This document shows positions 1 to 9,034 of a stretch of 32,000 bases of DNA, piece after piece. How positions within the stretch are numbered: the first letter of the stretch is position 1; every line of letters starts with the position of its first letter. The stretch is from Erysipelotrichaceae bacterium MTC7 (GTDB lineage: Bacteria; Bacillota_I; Bacilli_A; Erysipelotrichales; Erysipelotrichaceae). The DNA is taken from assembly GCA_001695645.1 (NCBI GenBank), contig LVZN01000008.1, positions 1 to 32,000 of the forward strand. Reading direction: 5' to 3'. Under the pieces are notes generated by a model. That model searched no databases, was not told where the DNA came from, and worked only from the letters and a program-made list of their open reading frames with translations. A program made the position numbers and the translations under genes.

Positions 1-21
1 TTTCACAAATAAATTATACCA

Positions 22-63
22 AAAATAACGCCTATTCTCTTACGAGTTTAGGCGTTATTTTTA
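22..63 (+). terminator. Rho-independent terminator of a gene ending upstream of the window
   Basis: Inverted repeat AAATAACGCCT (23-33) / AGGCGTTATTT (50-60) with a 16-nt loop, running into a T-run (58-62). Confidence 0.6.
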
Positions 64-82
64 TGATTTGAAGCTGTACTAA

Positions 83-1198
83 GTGTCACAGCCCCTTGTA
101 TCAGGATCAGCAGTTGCAGTGAATCGCTTCAATGCAGAGGCGTATGCAAAAGCCGATACGTACGAACACATGGATATGCAATTTGAATATGCAAGTCCAG
201 AAACAATTAAAAAACAAATAAAGAAAGAATTTGCAAACGACAACATGAAGGTATTGGATATCGTTAGCGAAAGCGAACGAGGAACCGATGCAAAACTACA
301 TGATGTATATCGTGTAGAAACGGTAGCTTTAGATAGTCCAATTGTTCAAGCGGATAATCCAATCGCAGAAAATGTCTATATGGTGTATGTCCAAATGACA
401 GATACAAAAGCACCAATCATTAAAGCAAAAGATATTGAACTACATGTAGGCGATACATTTGACATTCATGCATTAGAAGCTGATGCATATGATATTATTG
501 ATGGAAGTTTGACAATTGAAGTTGTTAAAAATGATGTGGATACTGCTACTGCAGGAACATATGAAGTCATCTTAGAAGCAACTGATGCAAATCACAATAC
601 TTCGCGTAAAGTGGCAACAGTCACTGTGATTGAAGAAGAAGAACAAGAACAAGAACAAGTTGAACAAGTTGTGCAAACAACACGTACAACAAATACAACT
701 ACTCCAACATATACTGCACCTACACCAACTCCTGCATTAGACCGCAACAATTTATCAGTTCGTGGTTGGAAAGTAGTCGTTGGTAGTGATGTTAGTGATG
801 GCGTGATTCGTTCATATATGAGTGAGTTACAAAACTTACCAGCAAAATTTAATAACTCCAACCTTCACACAATCATGATTGATAACAGTTTTGCATATCC
901 GTATTTAGGTATGGCTTACAGTGATGGTCGACTTTGGTTGAATGGATCTGCTTACTATGCAACAACTGCATTACATGAAATGACACACATGTACGATTAT
1001 GCAAACAATGCATCAGCAGGTTTGGAAGCAATTTTCCAAGCAGAAAAAAATAACCTACCTGCAAAATTTAGTGGAAACATGCGAGATAACCGTTACGAAT
1101 GGCTAGCTAACTTAGTGGTGTACTACTACTATGATCAAGCAACATTACGTGCAGCTGCACCACAATCCTTTGCATACATCCAAAGTGTTTTAAACTAA
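83..1198 (+). CDS. Putative zinc metalloprotease (HExxH) with bacterial Ig-like domain and E/Q- plus T/P-rich linker; start codon uncertain, possibly an N-terminally truncated remnant
   Basis: 371-aa ORF. The central segment KAPIIKAKDIELHVGDTFDI...TAGTYEVILEATDANHNTSRKVATVTV resembles DUF5011-type Ig-like domains. The C-terminal domain has ALHEMTHMYD (HExxH) and a downstream NRYEWLAN Glu, the layout of gluzincin/ATLF(M34)-like peptidases. The GTG at 83 directly follows an in-frame TAA. There is no SD and no signal peptide; the first ATG is at 170. Confidence 0.55.
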   Translation: MSQPLVSGSAVAVNRFNAEAYAKADTYEHMDMQFEYASPETIKKQIKKEFANDNMKVLDIVSESERGTDAKLHDVYRVETVALDSPIVQADNPIAENVYMVYVQMTDTKAPIIKAKDIELHVGDTFDIHALEADAYDIIDGSLTIEVVKNDVDTATAGTYEVILEATDANHNTSRKVATVTVIEEEEQEQEQVEQVVQTTRTTNTTTPTYTAPTPTPALDRNNLSVRGWKVVVGSDVSDGVIRSYMSELQNLPAKFNNSNLHTIMIDNSFAYPYLGMAYSDGRLWLNGSAYYATTALHEMTHMYDYANNASAGLEAIFQAEKNNLPAKFSGNMRDNRYEWLANLVVYYYYDQATLRAAAPQSFAYIQSVLN

Positions 1199-1250
1199 TA
1201 GAAATTACTGAAATAATGTTTTCATAATGATATATTTGCTAAGGCAAATA

Positions 1251-1285
1251 AGAAAAGTCCAGGCCCCCCTTACCTGGACTTTTCT
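1251..1285 (+). terminator. Hairpin terminator downstream of the 83-1198 ORF
   Basis: AGAAAAGTCCAGG (1251-1263) pairs with CCTGGACTTTTCT (1273-1285). A further small hairpin TATTTGC-TAAG-GCAAATA lies at 1232-1249. Confidence 0.55.
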
Positions 1286-1293
1286 TATGAAAA

Positions 1294-1316
1294 AAGGTCT
1301 ATGCGCATAGACCTTT
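1294..1316 (-). terminator. Rho-independent terminator of ilvD
   Basis: AAGGTCTATG-CG-CATAGACCTT hairpin. On the minus strand it is followed by TTTTTT (complement of the A-run at 1290-1295), 17 nt after the ilvD stop. Confidence 0.7.
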
Positions 1317-1332
1317 TGTATGTGAATGATGA

Positions 1333-3012
1333 TTAATCTTTCATGATGGCACCTTTAGCAGCGCTATCAACAAGTAATGAGTAACGTTTCAACCATCCGT
1401 GTTTTACGTTTGGTTCTTTTGGTTGCCATGCTTCTTTACGTTTAGTTAGTTCCTCATCGCTTACTTCAACGTTAATGCTGTACGCAGGAATGTTGATGTC
1501 AATGATATCCCCCTCTTGAATAAGGGCGATATTTCCACCAGCTGCAGCTTCTGGACAAACATGTCCAATACTTGCACCACGGCTTGCTCCTGAGAAACGT
1601 CCGTCGGTAATAAGGGCAACGGTTTTATCGAGTTTCATTCCTGCAAGTGCACTGGTTGGGTTTAACATTTCACGCATTCCTGGACCGCCCTTTGGTCCTT
1701 CATAGCGAATGACAACCACATCCCCATCAACAATGCTTCCTTTATAGATGGCATCAATGGCTTCTTCTTCGCTATTGAATACACGAGCTGGTCCTTTGTG
1801 TTGTAGCATCTCTTGTGCCACCGCACTACGTTTTACCACACATCCTTCTTGCGCGATGTTTCCAAACAAAATGGCAATACCTCCAGTTTTCGAAAATGGT
1901 GTTTCGACAGGTTTGATCGTATTTGGATTACGGTTTGTGATTCCTTTGATGTTATCACCAACCGATTGGCCACTTACCGTTAAAGCGTCTAAATCAAGTA
2001 AGTTAAGTTTTGCAAGTTCATTTTGTACTGCCGGGATTCCGCCAGCCGCGTTAAGGTCTTGCATATGTGTATCTCCAGCAGGTGCTAAGTGACAAAGGTT
2101 AGGAACTTTTTCACTCATCTCATTAAACATGTTTAAATCAAGAGGAATACCCGCTTCATTTGCGATTGCTAGTAAGTGCAAAACACTATTTGAAGAACAA
2201 CCAAGGGCCATATCGCAAGCTAAGGCATTACGAATGCTTACAGGATTGATGATGTCGCGAATTTTGATATCCTTTTCAACCATTTCCATAATTTGCATAC
2301 CTGCACGTTTTGCGAGTTGCGTTCTACGGCTTGAAATGGCAGGAATCGTCCCGTTACCTGGTAAAGCAATTCCAAGGGCTTCACTTAAACAGTTCATCGA
2401 GTTTGCCGTATACATACCTGCACATGAGCCACAACCTGGACATGAATTTTCTTCAACATCAAGAAGTTGAGTTTCATCGATCATACCTGCTTTATATGCA
2501 CCAACGGCTTCAAAGGTTTTTGATAGGGATACTTCTTCACCTGCAACATTTCCCGCCAACATCGGTCCACCACTACAAACCACGGTTGGAATGTTGATGC
2601 GGCTTGCCCCCATGATCATTCCTGGGACAATCTTGTCGCAGTTAGGAACTAGAACCAATCCGTCAAGAGCATGTGCAATGGTCATACTTTCAACTGAATC
2701 AGCGATAAGTTCACGTGAAGGAAGTGAATAGCGCATTCCTTCGTGTCCCATCGCAATTCCATCACATACACCAATCGATGGGATTTCAATAGGTGTACCA
2801 CCAGCCATACGTACCCCAGTTTTTACAGCTTCAGCAATTTTATCTAAGTGGATGTGTCCAGGCACAACTTCACTGTGTGCACTAATCACACCAATTAGAG
2901 GGCGATCCAATTCTTCTTTTGTGTATCCCATGGCATAAAACAAACTACGAGCCGGTGTTTTTTCTACACCTTCAGTCACGTTTGCACTTCTTAACTTTTT
3001 CTTATCAATCAT
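1333..3012 (-). CDS. ilvD: Dihydroxy-acid dehydratase
   Basis: 559 aa with IlvD/Edd hallmarks: [16 protein letters not shown], the cluster-binding [16 protein letters not shown], and [12 protein letters not shown] good SD (GAGGAG) precedes the ATG. Confidence 0.97.
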   Translation of the reverse strand: MIDKKKLRSANVTEGVEKTPARSLFYAMGYTKEELDRPLIGVISAHSEVVPGHIHLDKIAEAVKTGVRMAGGTPIEIPSIGVCDGIAMGHEGMRYSLPSRELIADSVESMTIAHALDGLVLVPNCDKIVPGMIMGASRINIPTVVCSGGPMLAGNVAGEEVSLSKTFEAVGAYKAGMIDETQLLDVEENSCPGCGSCAGMYTANSMNCLSEALGIALPGNGTIPAISSRRTQLAKRAGMQIMEMVEKDIKIRDIINPVSIRNALACDMALGCSSNSVLHLLAIANEAGIPLDLNMFNEMSEKVPNLCHLAPAGDTHMQDLNAAGGIPAVQNELAKLNLLDLDALTVSGQSVGDNIKGITNRNPNTIKPVETPFSKTGGIAILFGNIAQEGCVVKRSAVAQEMLQHKGPARVFNSEEEAIDAIYKGSIVDGDVVVIRYEGPKGGPGMREMLNPTSALAGMKLDKTVALITDGRFSGASRGASIGHVCPEAAAGGNIALIQEGDIIDINIPAYSINVEVSDEELTKRKEAWQPKEPNVKHGWLKRYSLLVDSAAKGAIMKD

Positions 3013-3097
3013 AGTTCTACTCCTCTAAATATTTTGTGTAAGTTTCTTTTATTGTATCATCAATTGCAAGTTGTTAGCATGTAACTCGCTTTAGGTG

Positions 3098-3122
3098 AGA
3101 AAAAGAAGGCAAGCTGCCTTCT
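3098..3122 (-). terminator. Intra-cluster hairpin with T-run between ilvC and ilvD
   Basis: On the minus strand, GAAGGCA-GCT-TGCCTTC (extendable to 9 bp) is followed by TTTTTCTC, 8 nt after the ilvC stop. Confidence 0.55.
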
Positions 3123-3129
3123 TCGTCGT

Positions 3130-4125
3130 TTATTTTTGTAACCAGCTGTACATACTACGTAATTCTTTACCAACTTTACATAGTTCAGTAGCTGCTTCTT
3201 TTGTACGAGTTGTTAAGAATTGTGCTTGGTGTCCAGCGTTCATTTCTTGGATGAAGTCACTTGCGAATGTTCCATCTTGAATTTCTGCTAAGACTTTTTT
3301 CATTTCTTTACGTGTATCTTCAGTAATGATTCTTTTACCAGTGCGGTAGTCTCCAAACTCTGCAGTATTTGAAATTGAATAACGCATCATTTCAAATCCA
3401 CCCGAGTTGATTAAATCAACGATAAGTTTCATTTCGTGCACACACTCGAAGTATGCCATTTCTGGTTCGTAACCTGCTTCAACTAATGTTTCAAATCCTG
3501 CTAACATCAATTCTGTAACCCCACCACAAAGAACTGCTTGTTCACCAAATAGGTCAGTTTCAGTTTCTTCTTTAAATGTTGTTTCAAGAATACCAGCGCG
3601 ACCAGCTCCGATTCCACCAGCGTATGCAAGTGCGTAATCTTTTGCTTTTCCGCTGTTGTCTTGGTAGATTGCAATCAGTGAAGGAACACCTTTTCCTTCT
3701 ACGTATTCGCTACGTACCGTGTGTCCAGGACCTTTTGGTGCAACCATAATTACATCAATGTAATCAGCTGGTTGGATTTGGTGGAAGTGAATGTTAAACC
3801 CGTGGGCAAACATTAAGACATCTCCATCTTTCATGTGTTTTTCTACTTGGTTTTTGTAGATGCTTGCACATGTTTCATCTGGCACCAACATCATAACGAA
3901 GTCACCTGCTTTTGCAGCTTCTTCAATTCCCATAACAGTTAATCCTGCAGCTTTTGCTTCTGCAACGCTTTTACTTGATTCACGTAGACCAACAACTACG
4001 TTTGCTCCACTATCTTTAAGGTTTTGTGCATGTGCATGTCCTTGTGAACCATACCCAATAATTGCGATGGTTTTACCATCTAATAAACCTAAATTACAAT
4101 CTGTGTCATAATACTTCTTAATCAT
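3130..4125 (-). CDS. ilvC: Ketol-acid reductoisomerase (NADP+)
   Basis: 331 aa with the N-terminal Rossmann motif [19 protein letters not shown] and class I KARI length and motifs ([20 protein letters not shown]). Confidence 0.97.
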   Translation of the reverse strand: MIKKYYDTDCNLGLLDGKTIAIIGYGSQGHAHAQNLKDSGANVVVGLRESSKSVAEAKAAGLTVMGIEEAAKAGDFVMMLVPDETCASIYKNQVEKHMKDGDVLMFAHGFNIHFHQIQPADYIDVIMVAPKGPGHTVRSEYVEGKGVPSLIAIYQDNSGKAKDYALAYAGGIGAGRAGILETTFKEETETDLFGEQAVLCGGVTELMLAGFETLVEAGYEPEMAYFECVHEMKLIVDLINSGGFEMMRYSISNTAEFGDYRTGKRIITEDTRKEMKKVLAEIQDGTFASDFIQEMNAGHQAQFLTTRTKEAATELCKVGKELRSMYSWLQK

Positions 4126-4138
4126 CTTGTTCTCCTCC

Positions 4139-4645
4139 TCAATCGTCTGAATCCGTGTTGCTTAACGGACCTCTAGAAATACCTGTAATACCAGTTCTAC
4201 AAACTTCAATAATCTCATAACAATTCATGAGTTCCATAAATCCATCGAGTTTTTCAGGAGCTCCTGTTAACTCAACGATGAGAGAATCTTTGCTCAAGCT
4301 AATAATTTTCCCCCTATATATATCGACAATCTCTTTGATTGCAGAACGTTCTTTTTTGTCTGCGCCAACTTTCATTAGCAACAGTTCGCGATACAAACTA
4401 TTTTCTTTTTCAAGGGTAAAGATATCCTTTACAACCTCGAGCTTTCTTGTTTGTGTAAGAATCTGTGATAACGATTGATCATTACCAATAAAGACAACTG
4501 TGATTCTAGAAATGCTAGGATCGTTTGTTGCACTTACGGTAAGAGAATCGATGTTAAAGCCTCTTCGTCCAAACAAACTAACAATTCGAGTTAGTACATT
4601 TGCTTTGTTTTCAACGAAAATACTAATAATTTCTTTTTTTGACAT
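4139..4645 (-). CDS. ilvN: Acetolactate synthase small (regulatory) subunit
   Basis: 168 aa with an ACT domain ([31 protein letters not shown]), positioned between ilvB and ilvC. Confidence 0.93.
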   Translation of the reverse strand: MSKKEIISIFVENKANVLTRIVSLFGRRGFNIDSLTVSATNDPSISRITVVFIGNDQSLSQILTQTRKLEVVKDIFTLEKENSLYRELLLMKVGADKKERSAIKEIVDIYRGKIISLSKDSLIVELTGAPEKLDGFMELMNCYEIIEVCRTGITGISRGPLSNTDSDD

Positions 4646-4659
4646 GTTATCCCCCTTAC

Positions 4660-6318
4660 TTAATCAATCATCATATCTTCAATGGTTCCACCATTTGGAA
4701 TCATTGGTAACACACGTTCATGTTTATTAATTTCACAATCAATCCAAACAGGTCCCTTGCTTTGTAAGGCTTGTTTGAATGCTGTTTCAAATTCTTCAGG
4801 TGTTGTTGCGCGGTATCCTGTCGCGCCAAAACCTTCAGCGAGTTTCACAAAGTCTGTTTTCCTTTGTGGTTCTGTTTGTGAATAGTGTTTTTCATAGAAC
4901 ACCGTTTGCCATTGGTATACCATACCTAGGACATGGTTGTTCATAATAATGGTAATGATTGGTAAGTTTTGTGAAACAGCCGTGCACGCTTCATTTAAAT
5001 TCATGTGGAAACTTCCATCTCCAGTGAAATGAATCACGCGTTTATCTGGTTGACCAAGTTGCGCTCCAATCGCTGCTCCATAGCCATACCCCATCGTTCC
5101 AAGTCCACCACTAGTTAAAAATGATTTGGTGTTCTTGTGTTTGATAAACTGGGCTGCCCAAAGTTGGTGTTGACCAACATCGGTTACATAAATGGTTTCT
5201 TTATCTGTAAGTTCACATGCTTTTTGAATCACTTCTTTTGGTCGAAGTGGTGCATCAGCTAGTGGTACGTTAATATCTTTTTTCCATCCGTGCACCATTT
5301 GCACCCAATCTTGATGATTGGCTTGTTTTACAAGTGGTGTTAAGATGTTTAAAGCATCTTTTATGTCAGCAACGATATCGTAGTTGATGACAACGTTTTT
5401 GTTGATTTCACTTTCATCGATGTCAATTTGAATAATCGCAGCATTTTGTGCAAAACGATTGGGATTCAAAGCAACACGATCAGAGAATCTTGTTCCAAGT
5501 GCGATAACTAAGTCAGCAGCATCAACTGCTCGATTGGCGGCCATGCTTCCATGCATTCCAATCAAACCTAAATTTTTTGGATCGTCTGCATCAAGGACAC
5601 CAGCTGCCATTAAGGTATAGGTTGCTGGTGCATCGATCTTTGTAAGAAAATCAGCCAACTCATTTCTAGCATCAGAACTTGCAACTCCTCCACCGAAATA
5701 GATCACTGGCTTTTTCGCGCTGTTAATAACTTCAGCAACTTCTTCCATTTTCTTTGTATCAATGGTTGGGTGTGGTGCTAGTGTGCGAGGTTTCGCTGGT
5801 TCAAATTCGTAAACCGCATTGGTTACATCTTTTGTTACATCAACAAGAACTGCACCTTTTCTTCCTTCTTGTGCAATGCGGAATGCATCACGTAAAGCAT
5901 TTGCCAAATCTTCGATTCGGTTTACAAAGTAATTGTGTTTGGTAATCGGTAATGTGACTCCAGTAATTGATACCTCTTGAAACGCATCACGTCCAATGAG
6001 GTCATCTGCAACGTTTGCTGTAATTGCAACGAGTGGAATACTATCCATATTTGCGGTTGCAATTCCGGTAACTAAATTGGTTGCCCCTGGACCGCTTGTT
6101 GCAATACATACTCCCGTTTTACCTGTAGCTCTTGCATATCCATCAGCAGCGTGAGCAGCACCTTGTTCGTGTGCTGTCAAAACGTGTTTGATTCGCTTTT
6201 GATAATCATACAAAGAATCATAGATAAAAAGGGCGGCACCACCAGGGTAACCGAAAACAGTATCTACACCATGTTCCATAAGGATTTCCATTATGATTTG
6301 TGATCCTTTTAATTTCAT
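4660..6318 (-). CDS. ilvB: Acetolactate synthase large (catalytic) subunit, ThDP-dependent
   Basis: 552 aa with TPP-enzyme motifs (GYPGGAALFIYD, ATSGPGATNLVTG, GGLGTMGYGYGAAIGAQ, FTGDGSFHMN). The SD AAGGGGG precedes the ATG. Confidence 0.96.
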   Translation of the reverse strand: MKLKGSQIIMEILMEHGVDTVFGYPGGAALFIYDSLYDYQKRIKHVLTAHEQGAAHAADGYARATGKTGVCIATSGPGATNLVTGIATANMDSIPLVAITANVADDLIGRDAFQEVSITGVTLPITKHNYFVNRIEDLANALRDAFRIAQEGRKGAVLVDVTKDVTNAVYEFEPAKPRTLAPHPTIDTKKMEEVAEVINSAKKPVIYFGGGVASSDARNELADFLTKIDAPATYTLMAAGVLDADDPKNLGLIGMHGSMAANRAVDAADLVIALGTRFSDRVALNPNRFAQNAAIIQIDIDESEINKNVVINYDIVADIKDALNILTPLVKQANHQDWVQMVHGWKKDINVPLADAPLRPKEVIQKACELTDKETIYVTDVGQHQLWAAQFIKHKNTKSFLTSGGLGTMGYGYGAAIGAQLGQPDKRVIHFTGDGSFHMNLNEACTAVSQNLPIITIIMNNHVLGMVYQWQTVFYEKHYSQTEPQRKTDFVKLAEGFGATGYRATTPEEFETAFKQALQSKGPVWIDCEINKHERVLPMIPNGGTIEDMMID

Positions 6319-6367
6319 ATTCTGTTCCCCCTTTATAACTACACTACATTATAATATAATTAATCTC

Positions 6368-6395
6368 ATTATAACTAGTTATTTGCGAAATGCAA
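6368..6395 (-). promoter_or_regulatory. Sigma-A-type promoter of ilvBNC
   Basis: Minus strand reads TTGCAT (6395-6390), a 16-nt spacer, then TATAAT (6373-6368). The predicted TSS is near 6361, giving a leader of only about 43 nt. Confidence 0.6.
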
Positions 6396-6442
6396 GGGAA
6401 TATGAAAGAAAATGTAAAAATTTGTAACAATTTGGTGTATAA

Positions 6443-6456
6443 TGAAAATGTTTTCA
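6443..6456. promoter_or_regulatory. cre-like palindrome TGAAAATGTTTTCA (candidate CcpA or other regulator site)
   Basis: Inverted repeat TGAAAA-TG-TTTTCA. It matches 13 of 14 positions of the cre consensus TGWAANCGNTNWCA (central C is T). It lies at about -82 to -95 relative to the predicted ilvB TSS. Confidence 0.4.
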
Positions 6457-6510
6457 ACAAAAACGGAAATATACATCTATAATATATTAAAAATAAAGTG
6501 ATATCCGAAA

Positions 6511-6538
6511 TTGTATCCACACTGAAATAGCGTATAAT
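6511..6538 (+). promoter_or_regulatory. Sigma-A-type promoter of the small-ORF/tsaC/rpiB/glyA operon
   Basis: TTGTAT (6511-6516), a 16-nt spacer, then TATAAT (6533-6538). The SD AAAGGAAG and the ATG at 6562 follow. Confidence 0.6.
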
Positions 6539-6561
6539 AATAGGATAAAGGAAGTGAGAAA

Positions 6562-6753
6562 ATGAAAGTCGTAGAAGAGGCGTTATTGTTGAACCATTTA
6601 AAGTCAGCATTACAACTTACAGAAGAACATGATGAGATTCTAATCAAGCGCGGGGAAGGTGAACCTGTCATGATGATGACTCTAGCAAAATACAATGAAA
6701 TAAAAGCGCAAGCATACCGTGCCAAAGCTAGCGGTGAAGGATATGCAGACTAA
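6562..6753 (+). CDS. Small Phd/YefM-family antitoxin-like protein (N-terminal domain only), with no cognate toxin gene
   Basis: 63 aa. HDEILIKRGEGEPVMMMTLAKYNEIKAQAYRAK parallels the YefM/Phd core as I recall it ([34 protein letters not shown] in E. coli YefM). It has a good SD and promoter, and its 3' end overlaps tsaC. Confidence 0.6.
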   Translation: MKVVEEALLLNHLKSALQLTEEHDEILIKRGEGEPVMMMTLAKYNEIKAQAYRAKASGEGYAD

Positions 6754-7357
6754 GGTATTGCAAGCCGACCAACTAGAAACCATTCAATCCTATATTCAAG
6801 CGGGAAAAGTTGTTGCTTTTCCAACGGATACCGTGTTTGGTGTTGGCGTGCGCTTTGATGATGAACAAGCGTTGCATGCATTGAAACAAGCAAAGCAAAG
6901 AGATTCGCATAAACCCATTCCAATGATGGTGCAAAATCTTGTGCAAATGAAACAGGTTGCCGATGTGGATTGGCGCATGGATGTGTTATACAAGCATTTT
7001 ATGCCAGGAGCATTGACGGTTGTTCTCAATCGAAAAGAAAATATACCATCATACGTTAGTGATGGGAAAAAGACGATTGCCATTCGCATTCCGGACGATG
7101 CATTATTGTTAGAACTGTTAGCAAATGGGCCAATGTTGGTCACATCTGCCAATCTAAGTGGCGAACTTCCAGGTAAAGATGAACAAGAAGTGCTTGCCCA
7201 ACTGGATGGACGAATCGATGCGATTGTAAAGGGAAAAGCAAAAGCAAATATCGCAAGTACAATTATAGATCTAACAGGTGAAAGGATCACTTTACTACGT
7301 GAAGGGGTATATTCACTTGCACAGATAGAAGCAGTGTTGAAGGAGGAACAACGATGA
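6743..7357 (+). CDS. tsaC: L-threonylcarbamoyladenylate synthase (YrdC-domain, t6A37 pathway)
   Basis: Motifs VVAFPTDTVFGVG, KQRDSHKPIPMMV (KxR) and TSANLSG (SxN). The ORF opens at GTG 6719, but ATG 6743 has GGTGA 5 nt upstream and gives an N-terminus of typical length. tsaC-rpiB-glyA synteny resembles Bacillus ywlC-ywlF-glyA. Confidence 0.88.
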   Translation: MQTKVLQADQLETIQSYIQAGKVVAFPTDTVFGVGVRFDDEQALHALKQAKQRDSHKPIPMMVQNLVQMKQVADVDWRMDVLYKHFMPGALTVVLNRKENIPSYVSDGKKTIAIRIPDDALLLELLANGPMLVTSANLSGELPGKDEQEVLAQLDGRIDAIVKGKAKANIASTIIDLTGERITLLREGVYSLAQIEAVLKEEQR

Positions 7358-7812
7358 AAATTGCATTAGCATGTGATCATGGTGCTTACGAGTACAAAGA
7401 AATGATCAAAGAGTATGTCCAAGAATTGGGACATGAGGTTGAAGATTTTGGAACCTACGATACCTCCTCCATGGATTATCCAGATACGGTATATCCCGCT
7501 GCAAAATCAGTAGCGCAAGGAAAAAGTGATCGTGGGATTGTTTTATGTACAACTGGAATTGGTGCAAGCATTAGCGCAAACAAGGTTATTGGTGTGCGCT
7601 GTGCACTGGTAAGTGATACGGTGACTGCAAAACTAACACGTGAGCATAACGACTCGAATATCTTGGCGCTTGGACAAGGTGTGATTGGCCAACTTGTAGC
7701 AAAAGAAATTGTTAGAATCTGGTTAGCAACCGATTTTTCAAAAGAAAGTAAACATCAAAGACGAATTGATAAATTATGTGTAATAGAGGAGAAAGAATTA
7801 GATGAAAGATAA
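7354..7812 (+). CDS. rpiB: Ribose-5-phosphate isomerase B
   Basis: 152 aa with [39 protein letters not shown] and [12 protein letters not shown] overlap with the tsaC stop. Confidence 0.93.
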   Translation: MKIALACDHGAYEYKEMIKEYVQELGHEVEDFGTYDTSSMDYPDTVYPAAKSVAQGKSDRGIVLCTTGIGASISANKVIGVRCALVSDTVTAKLTREHNDSNILALGQGVIGQLVAKEIVRIWLATDFSKESKHQRRIDKLCVIEEKELDER

Positions 7813-9034
7813 ACAAATATTTGATGCGATCCAAAAGGAAGCGGATCGCCAACTATACAACATTGAACTGATTGCATCAGAAAACTACGTGAGCCAAGAT
7901 GTGCTTGATGCTGCTGGTTCGGTATTAACCAACAAATACGCAGAAGGCTATCCTGGAAAACGTTATTACGGAGGATGTGAATACGTTGATGTTGTCGAAG
8001 ATTTAGCAAAAGAACGTTTACAAAAATTATACGGAGCTGAACATGCCAATGTGCAACCACACTCAGGTAGTCAAGCAAATATGGCGGTATACTTAACCGT
8101 CTTAAAACCTGGAGACAAAGTGCTAGGGATGGATTTAGCCGCAGGTGGTCACTTGACGCATGGGCATCCATTAAACTTTTCTGGACTACTTTACAACTTT
8201 GTAAGTTATGGAGTGGACAAAGAAAGTGAAGAAATTGATTATGAAGCACTACGTGAAATTGCCTTAGCAGAAAAACCAAAATTACTTGTTGCAGGAGCAA
8301 GTGCATACAGTAAAATTATTGATTTTGCGCGCATCAAAGATATCTGTGATGAAGTTGGTTGTTATTACATGGTAGATATGGCACATATTGCTGGATTGGT
8401 AGCTGCTGGATTACACCCGAATCCTGTACCATATGCAGATTTTGTGACAACAACGACACATAAAACTTTACGCGGACCACGTGGTGGAGTCGTTATGTGC
8501 AAAGAGAAGTTTGCAAAAGATTTAGATCGTTCGGTATTCCCAGGAATGCAAGGTGGTCCATTGATGCATGTCATTGCCGCAAAAGCAGTTTGTTTCTATG
8601 AAGCGTTACAACCGGAGTTTAAAACATACCAACAACAAGTAATCAAAAACGTGAAAGCATTGGCTGACGTATTACAAGAAGAAGGTTTCCGTTTGGTAGC
8701 TGGTGGTTCTGATAACCACTTATTGTTGGTTGATGTGAAAACATCACTAGGTTTAACAGGAAAAGCTTGTGAAAAGACATTGGATAAAGCGGGGATTACA
8801 TGTAACAAAAATGCGATTCCTTTCGATGAAGAAAAACCGTTTACAACAAGTGGAATTCGTTTAGGAACACCTGCCATGACATCACGTGGCTTCAAAGAAA
8901 AAGAATTCGAACAAGTGGGACGTTGGATTGCCCGCGCACTGAAACAAATTGACGATGAAACAGAACTTGCTAAAATTAGAGAAGAAGTTCGTGCCTTAAC
9001 GGTAAATTATCCGATTATTAGAGGAGAAGAATAG
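7802..9034 (+). CDS. glyA: Serine hydroxymethyltransferase
   Basis: 410 aa with [22 protein letters not shown] and the PLP-lysine motif [14 protein letters not shown]. 11-nt overlap with rpiB. Confidence 0.98.
   Translation: MKDKQIFDAIQKEADRQLYNIELIASENYVSQDVLDAAGSVLTNKYAEGYPGKRYYGGCEYVDVVEDLAKERLQKLYGAEHANVQPHSGSQANMAVYLTVLKPGDKVLGMDLAAGGHLTHGHPLNFSGLLYNFVSYGVDKESEEIDYEALREIALAEKPKLLVAGASAYSKIIDFARIKDICDEVGCYYMVDMAHIAGLVAAGLHPNPVPYADFVTTTTHKTLRGPRGGVVMCKEKFAKDLDRSVFPGMQGGPLMHVIAAKAVCFYEALQPEFKTYQQQVIKNVKALADVLQEEGFRLVAGGSDNHLLLVDVKTSLGLTGKACEKTLDKAGITCNKNAIPFDEEKPFTTSGIRLGTPAMTSRGFKEKEFEQVGRWIARALKQIDDETELAKIREEVRALTVNYPIIRGEE

Noticed and set aside
6344-6725. Minus-strand ORFs 6344-6610 (88 aa) and 6477-6725 (82 aa) in and around the ilvB/tsaC divergent region
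   Set aside because: They are translations of AT-rich promoter DNA (F/I/L/Y-rich nonsense). They overlap two good promoters and the plus-strand small ORF, and they have no SD.
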